Shown here one piece after another: positions 25,231 to 37,200 of a stretch of 64,000 bases of DNA. Under the pieces are notes generated by a model. The model made no database searches. It was not told the origin of the DNA and worked only from the letters and a program-made list of their open reading frames with translations. Made by a program: the position numbers and the translations under genes. Source of the DNA: Oculina patagonica (lineage: Eukaryota); the NCBI RefSeq assembly GCF_052425735.1, contig NC_135767.1, positions 21,328,001-21,392,000 of the forward strand, read 5' to 3'. Within the stretch, counting starts at the first letter, position 1. Each line of letters begins with the position of its first letter.

Positions 25231-28200
25231 ATGACGTCGAGCGGCAAGAAAGGGAAGGCCGCTGTGTTGGAGTTCGACACTCAAACGAAAGGTCAGTCTT
25301 TATTTTGTTCTGTGTTGAAACGATGCTGCCACAGGCAGCGAATAAATGAACAGTTGATATTAAACATGGTGATGTCGAGAAAATAATCGAGATATTCGCC
25401 ATACGGCTTCCGGAGATGAATTATTTTAGCGAGCTTGCGTCGGACGAGGGGGCAGTTCTCTTATCGTTTTTCAGTAGCGCTGAGTGACTATTGAGCGCGC
25501 GTTGATTTCTGCGAGACAGTCGGTAAATATTAGGCTGTTTTGCTTGTTTTTTCTCGTTCAGTGGAGAGATAAACTTCCCTTGCTTCTTTCGCGCAAAATG
25601 TACGAGTAGGAAGTTTTAAAAGCTAGCTAGCCTTGTGTTAAATGCTGTGGTGTTATTAAAATATGAAGTAGTAAATTTCATCGGTCAGAAATAGCTGTAG
25701 GTTTACTTTGTACCGACAAGCAAACTTCGTCAAGTGTGAGGTTTGATGAATGGATGTATTTGGTTTTAGGAAACATTTTTGTTTGTAGAAGTAGCTGCTT
25801 TTTGCGACTCTTTAGTCATTCATCGCTGCTTCGCGAAGCTTTTGACGAGGTCCAATTTTCCAGAAACAAGATTGCAGAATTAAAATTACTTGTAAATAAA
25901 TGGGTTTCCCTCGTGGTCAAAATGGAGAGAGAGTCTTGGTTTAAATTTGTCAATTTAAACGTGTTTAGAAGCATTAAATATTTAAACCTCTTCAAAATGA
26001 AACGTTACTGCAAAATCTTGGAGAGCTTTGTTCATTTGGAGACATTTTGGTCGAGTATGGGCTTGCAAGATACCGCAAGCATTCACAAATGACCTTATTG
26101 AAATTCGTCGGGCTTACAAATTTAATTCGTTACTTTTGTAGTTTGACAAATTGCTTTGTCATTTTGAATATAATGGCTTCTTGATTTTGTCGTGATATTA
26201 AAACTGATTTGGTTGTAATTGCCGTGCGTTTAATTTTGGTTGATCTTTAGCTTTTCAGATTTTAGTTACATCGAAAGTTCCTCAATGCTAATTATAATAT
26301 CCACATCCTCAAGTCCACGAATGAACAATTTTATGTAAAAAAATAAGACTTGCGTGTCTGAAGGGAATTCGCTGTCAAAAACAGTTGAAGAGTTTTTCTC
26401 TTTAAGCTCATCAAATTATATACTGCCCAGTGTTGGGTCACGAGATTTTAAAATCGAATTTCCACACCTTCGACAACTGCCTAAATCACTGCGTTTTGTT
26501 GAATAGTTTGTACAAAATGGTGAAAGCCCCGTGAAATTTTTTATTAAATAAATTGGATTTTCCAACTGTGTTTTTCATAATCACATGTTTCTGTACACAA
26601 TAGATTATATAGTGCTAAGTAGCCGATCTTTAAGCTTTTTGGACTGTAGAATTGAAATAATATATATTTTCAAGCTTGTATAAACAATCCACGTTTTAGT
26701 TTCAGCTCTGATCTTAATCACAGCATGCTATAGTTTCAAATTTATACATCGTAAAATTTTTATCTTGGTATTGTTTAGAAACTTTGTAATTGTACATGTA
26801 GCTATTAAAACCTAAAACATTTTCAGTTGTTTGTATTCATTTGGTGGATAAATCCAATATTATTTCACCCATGGGCATATTATGCAAATTATTGTACCCT
26901 TGCAGTACAACTATGGCTCAATCTGAACTCCATGTATTAATGGATTAACTCAGAACTGTTTCAGTAGAACTTTTATGTCTGAGACATAAATGTATCAGAC
27001 TTTCTTGTTGTGCAGTTGATTGCTATATTGCATGTTCTTGAAAAGCAAAATAGTCGTTTAATAATGATTTGACTGATAGCAGTTATTTGTTTACTCTTCA
27101 TCCTAACTGGAAATCATTTCCTGTGAAACAAACACTTCTGCTTGGCTTAATATATATCCTCTGCTTCTTGAACAAAACTATTCAAGTTTTACCAAATGTG
27201 TGTATGTTCTGTTCTGTTACAAATTTTGTTCAGTCAGCTTTGAGTATTTCTGGTTTCAAGAGAAATAGCACGACTATTGTTTTATATGTCTGACCTTTTA
27301 CATGTGTTATCTTGTAGTTGGAACAGGAAGTTATGATTTTTCTCAGTTTAGAATTACGGCTATAATCTTGCTTCCTTCCTTGAACTTAGGGATTGGCTTG
27401 GCAAAGAATTAAATTACTATCAACACAGAACACATCCTTAAGCTGTATTTTTATTCAAGGGAATTTTTGTTGTTTTATGTACAGCGAATCCCTAATATTA
27501 TCACCAACTTGCAGTTATTTACTAAATTATTCTTAATATTCTAAAAAAAAAAGTAAAAAAGTTCTTCTTAAGAAATCTGGGCCCGGTTGTTCAAAACTCC
27601 GATTAAACTAACCAACGATTAAGCCTAATTGTCGATTAAAATCACTAACACTGGGTTAGCTAATCGGTGGAATTGAGAACGTTGTTCAAAGCCCGATTAG
27701 AGGCGAGATTAGTTAATCGCCGATTAACGGTTAGTACTTGGTGTAAAACCAATTGTATTGTATCGCTAATCGATGATTAGTATCCCAGAATGCATTTCTC
27801 CTTGAGTAAACATTTCGATGGTTTCCAATATGGCGTCCGCAGTGTCGCATGTGGTAAATGGAAAACAGTTGTGGCGACGTAAAACTAACTGGTCCGATTC
27901 GAAAATAATCATGTTTCCACTCGCATTAAATCATAGTGATGACTAGCATTTGGACAACTGGTCTCAGAGCGAGACAAGGCTTCGTAAATCCGCCTCTACG
28001 AGGTTTGTAATTTACTGGACGCTCTGCCGAAGGAAGTCCGTCTTTCTTGTTTTTGTACTGTTTGTATTGTATTTATTGTTTTATAAAGCTTTAAATAAAG
28101 CTTACACAGAAAAGAAATGTACAGCAAAAAGTAAATAAAACTATTTTAACGAAAAAGGTTGTAGTTCTTGATCGCAACAAGCCGGTATGGTGCCGTTATA

Positions 28201-31200
28201 TTGATAACTTCGCATACGTCTTTGTCTCACAAAGAACGAGTACGCCATTTTTTTCCAGTTTAATCGGTCGATTAGTGAGTTAATCATCTCCCGGAGCAGT
28301 GTTAAATTTAACCCTTAGTTTAATCGTTGATTAGCGCTAATCGGCTTTGAACAACGCAATCTAATCGCAGGTTAAATTTTAATCGCCGATTAGCATATTT
28401 AATCGCTGATTAGTGCTAATCGGAGTTTTGAACAACCGGGCCCTGGTCACCCCTTTGAACAACTTGGCCTTGGCGATTAGCATAGCCTCCCTGCAGAGAG
28501 GCCCTGGGATAAGTTATCACAGAATAAGTGCCCAAAACCTTGTACTCGACTCAGGCACAGGCACCTGAATTATGGCATGGGCACTTGAAAAAATAGTATG
28601 TTCACATTGGTGCCCAGGAGTGAGAATCGTACTCAGGCACCAAGTGTCAACACAGCCTTAAAAACAAAATTAACCCTGCTGTGTACTCTTGTTTTGTTTC
28701 AGAGGTGCGGCAGATTCTGATTGAGCAGCTCAAATGCTTTGATAGCAGGACAGAAGGAAAGCTTCTTTTCCTAGCTGATCTGCAGGAGTTTTTCAGGAGG
28801 CTGTCAGAGATTGAACTGGATTACTCTAGAAACTTAGAAAGACTTTCAAGGATGTATTTGGACAAGCTCCAAAGGCATAAAACCCAAAGGTACAACAAGT
28901 GCAGTTATTTTATTATTATAATAAAGTATCGTGGGAGGCGGGCGCGGTGGCCGAATGGTTAGCGCGCTTGCCTCCGAGTTGGACGGCCTGGGTTCGAGGC
29001 CTGGCCGGGGCGCTGCGTTGTGTTCTTGGGCAAGACACTTAACTCTCACAGTGCCTCTCTCCACCCAGGTGTATAAATGGGTACCGGCGAATTTACTGCT
29101 GGGGGGTAACCCTGCGATGGACTAGCATCCCATCCAGGGGGGAGTAGCAATACTCTCAGTAGCTTAATGCTATGATAAGCTCCAGCCTGTATGGGCCACT
29201 AGGCTCGAACCAAACTTTACCTTTACCTTATAATAAAGTATATAACCTCATTGTCCTCCTTTTTAGATACCATTTGTGTTTATTTATTTATTATTATTAT
29301 TATTGATACTGCAACAGCCTTGATTGTATTTAGAAAATGAATTTAGAAGCATTCTGATTTCTCATTTCAAATTACTTAGAAAATATAATTTCTGATGCCC
29401 CCAGTAGGGGTCGAACCCAGGCAGATACCAGATAACAGTTAAATTAAATTTGCCTGAAGTTTGGTGAACTTGGCTACCATAATTATTATTATGGACAGTC
29501 AACTGTCAACTGTTACAAACAATATTTTGGATTTATATTCTGCACCACTCAGTTTTCTTGAAGGCTTAGACAGGCCTTTTGGCTAGGACCTACAGTGTTA
29601 TCAAAGCTGTGCTCTTAGAATAGTTCCTGGGTGCCCCGCTCTAAAAAGATTTTATGATAGCAAAGTCATACAAGTTGCCCAAAGACAAAAGTAGGTCACC
29701 TGTGGCACCCGGTCTCTGCTATCTAGAGCGAAGCTCTGTGTAATGGCTTGATCTTGTTCCAAGCCTTGGAGCAACTTAATAAAATAAATGTGTATTTTCT
29801 TTGCACTCTGTAAAACCTTATAAATTTAAGTTTTGTTGTAAAGTTGAAATCTTTTTATTTTGTTGTTATTTTTATTAGGAAGGAGAAAGGAACCACAATG
29901 GATTTATGGCAGCAAGTTCTTATTGAAACCAAGAACAAATCTAAGATGCATCAAGGCCTTAGTGACAATGTTGCCAACAACATTGTTAATAGATTTATGA
30001 TTATTAGCGATGACTGTTCGAGAATTTCCAAAAAGGTACTTGCCGGTAATGTATATTCATAGGAATACTTGCAATTGTTTAATCAGACATAATACTTGTC
30101 ATGTTCACCCCCTAACCTGCAAAGGCCATAATTAATAGATGTTTCAAGGTACGGTACATGCATACAGACCTTTCATGTGTATATTTTGGATATATTTCCA
30201 TATGTGAATTATATTGTTTTATTAGATGGTCCAGGCCACTGGCGGCCGACACTGTCTCATGCTTTCGGTTAAGTTTTTTGTAGGAAGGGTATTGAAGATC
30301 ACACATTTTGATTGGCTTAAAACGGGTCATCTTCATCAGCCACTTGAAATGACCTGGCATGGGGAAGGGGTATTGGATTGAGGGATTTTATTTACTTGCC
30401 TAGTGGTTGTTTTTCTAGTAAGGGCTTTCTATGTCACTTCATCTGTTGGGCTCACTACCAGCCACTTGAAATTGCTTAGATGAGGCAGAAGGATGGAGGC
30501 AGTTATAAAAGACTAGTACAAGATATAAAAAAAAAGAGAAAAGTTATAATTATAATTACTTCATGAGTTTTAGTATTAGAAAGAAGACAGACATCTCTAC
30601 ATTTAAAGCGGTGTAAACAATTCATGACCAAAGGTGGGTTTGACCTAACTGGTGGCCGAGCATCATATTTCTTATATCGGATATCAGTTTTCAGTATAAC
30701 GCAACATAGCCTTATTTCCTTGTTGAACAATATAAACAAGGAAATAACGCTACTACATGTACATGTAGCCCTGTCTTAAAAGCCACATGGCTTCTTGCTG
30801 TATGAAAAATGCATGCAAAGTATTGATTTTTGTGGGAGGAACAGTGACCTAAATGGTTGGCGTGCTAAACTCTGGATCAAGCAGTCTGGGATAGAGCTCT
30901 GGTCGGGGTAACTGCATTTTTTCCTAGGGTAGGACACTTTTAAAAGGTGATTCCTTAGTATTGCATTGCTCATCCTTACTGCACAGAATTTTATGCGTAA
31001 TTAGCATGTGCACACAAACAAAATGGCTGCTTTTTTCTAAGCGGCTTGGCTCGCGAGAGAGATAAATCAATGTTTTCTCGTAAACAAGTACGGTGACCTA
31101 TCATTTTTTTCTCTTAGTTCAAGAGTAGCGATCAACTTCTTTCTATAAAACTTTAGAATATAGATCAATTTCTATGGCAGAATAAAACATTATGACCGAA

Positions 31201-34200
31201 AACATGTACTTTGCAAGTACTCGCAAAGGAATTATTGAGGGACTATTTGGTATATACAAGGTCTTTCTGCTCCTAAACGAATACGGTGACCTCCCTTTTT
31301 TATTCCATAATTTAAGTTCCCTTTAAAAGGTAAACAATGAACCGGCAAAGTTTGGTTGGAAATCTATGAACAGTTCTATTTCACGTGAATTACCTTTTAA
31401 CTCTCATATTGCCTCTCTCAACAAAGGAGTATACATGTAAATGGAATTGGATACTAATGATTTTAATGCTGGGGTAAACGGGGGGGGGGGGGGGCAACCT
31501 TGATGGACTAGCATCCCATCCAGGGGGGAGTAGACATTTGACTTGTTAATTAAAATAATAAGTCAAAAGTGTATTCCCCCCTGGATGGCCTTAATGCTAT
31601 GGAAACTGGGATTTAAGCTCCAGCCTGATGGGTCTCTTGGCCCCAGTGCAGATTTCACCTTAACCAAGTATTCTAACGCAACTTATAACCCACAAACTCT
31701 CAATGGTTTTTCAAATTGGTTGCCGAAATCATTTTTCTTAGTCTTTAACTAGCTTTTTACTTTTTATAGCACACGGCATTCATGTAAAGCAGAGTTATGT
31801 TAGTATAGATTAGTATTGTTTTGTTTTTAGTATTGTATTTATTACCATTTTAGTATTTTATAATTGAATTTCTGATGAATTTACCGTGTTTTAGTAAAGT
31901 TACTATCCTATCCTATTCTGTACAGCCAACAGTTTTTAATGAAACAATCTGAAACTTTAAAGCCAATGAATGTTGCTGCATGTTTCTCAGTGGGAGGGGT
32001 CACTTTATGTACCATTGAAGTTTTTTGAGGGCATGGTATTTATTTGTGTTCTTCAGTGCCGAGAGACAGCAACTACTCTACAAGATGAGCTGCTGAAATC
32101 AGTCCAAGAACTTCACAGAGTAATATAGTCGCTATTTATTATAATTCAGTTGTTATTTTACTGTGTATATAATTTAACTGGGGCCACCCTATGGCTGCCA
32201 TTCAGTAAAATAATGTTTGTTCGCCCTTCCAGTGATTGAAGTCAACAGCATTACATTTTGCTGTAAACACTGAGCTTTTGCACAGTCATTGCATCTGATC
32301 CTGTCGAACTAGCAGTTAAAATGTGATTGGACTGCTGATGAACAAACTCTTGTGATTGGCTGAAAAATATTGGGTGGCCCCAGTTGAATTTGTTACACTG
32401 TGGTAATTAATTGCCACTGTTGTTAATTATACCAGTTTTCTAATTTCGCGGGTTGATGCCTCACATAAGGATAACCTCAGTGCACCTTCCCCACTTGGAC
32501 AGAATTGTCCAGGAAAAATTGCTATTATAAGAGTCGCTATCATATCATACAAAGTCATGTACTTAAATTACATGTACATTGTACATTTTAAGTGTTTTAT
32601 TGGGCATTTTTCGGCTGTCATTCAAATGATTTGAGGCACATAAGGATAACCTCAGTGCATCTTCCCCACTTGGACAGAATTGTCCAAGAAAAATTGCCAT
32701 TGTAAGAGTCGCTATCATATCATACAAAGTCATGTACTTAAATTACATGTACTACATGTTAAGTGTTTTATTGGGCATTTTTCGGCTCTCATTTAAATGA
32801 TTTGATGTTGTTGCAGTATTTCTTTAACTTGTTATTGAGGGCACACTGCAATTTGTTTCCCATGTAGGACTCTAAATTTGATCTGTGTTGACATTTTTCT
32901 AAGAGGAGTGCATACATGTATGATATGATATGGGTGCTTATATAGGGCATTTACAAAGCTCGTGATCAATGCGCTTCACAATTTGAATCTATGGGATGAG
33001 ACCGGACATGTAGCCGGATGTAGCCAAGTTATTTAAGGTGTTCCAAGGTAAATTTTGGCCTTTAGTTTAATAACTATTTTACAATGAAGCTCATACATTT
33101 TTATTATGTTTGTTGTAGAGACTCCATAGATATCACACCATGGCTGTTGAGAGCAAAAGTGCTGAGCAGAAACTTCAAAAGATGGAAGATTCACGGCGAA
33201 AGAATGAGAAAATGGCCAAGCAAGTAGAAAAGGTACTACATTGGATACAAGTTTATTAGCAGCATATAATAATACTACCGATAGTTGTAAATTGTGATAG
33301 TCTGGGTGAGAGTACCGTATTTATTCGATTAAGCGCCCAGCCTCGAATAAGCGCCCACCCTGTTGGTAGGAAAAGTTAATAAACGCCCAGCCTCGAATAA
33401 GCGCCCACCCTGTTGGTAGGAAAAGTTAATAAGCGCCCAGCCTCGAATAAGCGCCCACCCTGTTGGTAGGAAAAGTTAATAAGCGCCCAGCCTCGAATAA
33501 GCGCCCACCCTGTTGGTAGGAAAAGTTAATAAGCGCCCAGCCTCGAATAAGCGCCCACCCCCACCCCCTAGAAAGAGGGCACAAGAGGAGTATTTACTAT
33601 TCCAGCTATTGAGATTTAAATTGACTAAGTACTACTGAGAGACTTACCAGTAGACCGCGTTTTTTTAGTATTTTTAAAGAAACTTTCAATGAACAGTTAA
33701 AATTCAGCTTTGATACATCTTCACGTTTTGTCATTAAACATTGTTTTCTTGCTAAAAATGGCGAAAATTTAATAAGCGCCCAGCCTCGAATAAGCGCCCA
33801 CCTCGAGTAAGCGCCCACTCTCAAGGTCCAAAAATTTAATAAGCGCCCAGGGCGCTTAATCGAATTATTACGGTAGTTCTGAAAAGAACTGTTGTTGGTG
33901 ATTGATGTTGGTGACTGACGTAGATTAAAACTGACTGGTCAATGGCTGTTGACAAACCTAACACAAGACTTACAGCCAATAATATCATGGCTAAACTTAC
34001 CAATCAGCTTCAACAGACCAGACTTCTAACATCATCGACTGACAATGACAGTTAAATTGACTCTGAAGGTCACTTGGTTGGGTTGAAATGCCAGTTGCCA
34101 CTAACTCTCAACCAGCGGGTATGACACTGTGCAAACTATGTAGTGTATAACCTAATTATTAGTTTTTTGAGAATTAATTTGATTCTTTTATTGTTTGTGT

Positions 34201-37200
34201 GTAGCATCAACAAAAATTCACAGAATGCAAGAAGAAAAGTGTAAAAGCAAAGAATGATTATGTGTTATCCCTGCAGTCTACAAACCGCTTCTTGGAAAAT
34301 TATTACAACGGGTTCCTGAGCACTTTGGTAGATGTAAGTATTGTACAGTTAGTACAGTTAAATCTCGATAACTCGAACCCTCAATAACTCTATCCTCCCG
34401 CTAACTCGAACCTTATCCGATTCCCCTCCAGGTTGTTTTTCTTAGTACTTATTTTACCCTCAAAAACTCGAACTCCCAATATCTGGAACCTTTTTCGATT
34501 TCCCTTGAAGGTTCGAGTTATCAGGATTCGACTGTAGTAACAAATAAAATGTGAGGTTACATTTTAGTTTAATATAATCCTTGGCATCCCCAGCACCCAA
34601 AATTGATTGGTTTTCACATTATTTTTCTATGTATACTATCGTTCTAAGAATTTGGTGATTCTGTACATTAGAACAAAATACCCTTTGATGCCCTGGCCAG
34701 GTTCAGTGTGTTGCCACTGTACTCTTAAAGTGCCTCTTTCCACTCACTCACTAACTCAAGCCATTATCCCGGTGTGGAGCATAGGCCATTGACGATCTCA
34801 GTTTTCCATCAGCTTCTTTCCTGGGCCTGCCTTCCCTGTGTGGTCCAAGTGTGGCCCCAAATCCTCACTTCAGCCTCTACACCTCTTCGCCAGGGGTTCT
34901 TTGGACGGCCCCTCTTCCTCTTGCCCTGAGGATTCCATCGTAGTACCTGCCGAGTGATGTTGTTTACCAGTGTGGCCAATCCAATGCCACTTTCTCCATC
35001 AATTAGGATTTAATCCACCCAGATTAAATGCTGGGAGGTAACGCTGTAATGGAATGACATCTAATCCAGGGGGCAGTGGGGCAGAAATATTCTTAGTCAC
35101 TCAAGTTTATTGAAACAGAAGATAGGTGCTGGCCATGTGTGATGGGCCACTAGGCTATACTTGCAAACTCTCACGCCTTAGGCACGAGTTTCACGCCTGT
35201 GAGTTGAAAACTTCGATCTCACGCCAACTCATGCTTACGAACCAATTTCTCACACCTAGTTGAAAATTAATGTGAGTTATTACAACCATAACCGACACAC
35301 TTTCTAAAAATTTGTTATTAATAAGTAAAACCAATGTGAGGAATGAAAACTTGAGTTATTGACTCGACACTTGCCCCAAAATCTCAGATGGATTCATTGA
35401 AAAGCATTGGGAACGAGGTTGTGTTTAGCATGCAAACACGTCCACCAATGGGATCGGGATATGTGCGGAACGTCTTCAGAATACTACGGACGTCTTCGGA
35501 CATGGTTGTATCATCTTCGGAAACCCTGCCACTTTTGGGGATAAAAAATCTTACTACGCCTTTGGCCCAGAAAAAGTTGGCAGGTACATGTATACTAGGC
35601 TCAAGTGCCAACTTTATTGTTACCTACTTTGACCAGAGACATATTTTTTCTTACATGCTGTCACACTCTAAAGTTGTACAATTAACATGTATTTACACAG
35701 GGTTTTGACTGCAATTTCCACGACTCTTTCAAGCGAGGAGTTGAAGCATACGTGACGGCAGAAGCTAACCTTGCCGAAGCAACCATTCAATCTGTCAATA
35801 GCCTACGTGAAGCGAAACTCTCTGTTGAAGCTGACAAAGACAAGCAGTTCTTCTTTGAGGACAATCATGCAACTGTAGTACTGCCATTTAAGTTTGCTTA
35901 TTTGCCCTACAATGATGAAGAGGTGGGTATCTTCATGCAACTTCAGGGCCGTAACTAGCAAGAGGCAAGACAAGGCACTGTACTTGTCTCATCTAGATTT
36001 AAACTCAAATTAAAAACAAAGTATGTTAAGTTGAAGAATAAATCCCAGTTGAACACGATTGAGTTTTTTCAAGAAATAACTTATGAAATATGTTGAAAAA
36101 ATGTGTTTCAGGGCTTCTGTTGAATGGTAACCCCCCCCCCCCCCCCCGGGCCCTCCCCAGGGGTTAACTCAAGCGTATAACATTTGCAATCTGTGAATGA
36201 CGACATGGATGCATGGTCATCATATTATATTCAAGAGGGAAGGGGAAAAGATTGATTTCCTATTTACTACATGCTATAGAAACTGCAAATGAGCACCACT
36301 AGGCATGCAACAGACTACCTTTCACTTGTTTTGGTTATTACCTCTTCACTTTTTCTGAAACTTTCTTTGTATATTTTTGTTGACAGTTAAATCAAGTGTC
36401 ACCTCAACAGACGGATGTTATAGAACACCACGTTAAAGTGTATGAGAGACTCCAGAAAATAAAGACAGAAACAGAGGAGGTTGGTTTTAATTGTTCATTA
36501 ATTATTTTTCCTTATTGCTTGAAGAATGCATAAGAGTCAAGCATAAATCCATAAAACTGCAAATAAAAATATAAGGCATTCATTCTCAAAGCACACTCAA
36601 GCTGCATGTAATCTAGGATTGCCGTGAGTTTTGCTTCCAGTTTTTTAACTTTTCATTGATGCTTTTTGTTTATATTTTCAGTTCATTTTTTTTTTGTTTC
36701 GACATCAACCAATCTAAAGCTTGGCAGAAAAAAATTATCAATGAAATCCACTTAATTAATGTATACACAAAAAGATTGTTAAAGGGAACGTTCACTCTTG
36801 CCGGAAGTTGCATGAATTTGAATTGTTTGAAATAATGCCTAAATTTCAAATTTTACAGGACAAAGGGGAAATAACATTTAAAAGCAACAAAAAGTGAAAA
36901 AGATTATGGCTTTAATTTCCCGTGCGCCGCCATTTTAGATTTAATGACATGTAATGGTTGCCCAATTGTTTCACACAATAGATCCTCTGCTTTCTAACAA
37001 AAACAGCAACCGTTACACGTCATAGAAGCCAAAATGGCAGCCCGCTGAAAATTTAAAAGCCATAATCTTTTCCACTTCTTGTTGCTATTAAATGCTATTA
37101 ATTTCTTCCTTGCCCTGTTAAATTTGAATTTTCGGCATTATTTCAAACAATTCAACGTCAACTTGTCGTAAGAGTTGAGGTTCCCTTTAAAGACCTTTCA

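Noticed and set aside
28932-29005. tRNA gene
   Set aside because: The A and B boxes belong to a SINE head followed by CORE, tail and TSD; no complete cloverleaf is evident.
33331-33560. CRISPR-like array
   Set aside because: The units are near-identical 50-mers with no unique spacers, inside a TA-flanked MITE in a eukaryotic intron. The 59695-60060 array likewise lacks spacers.
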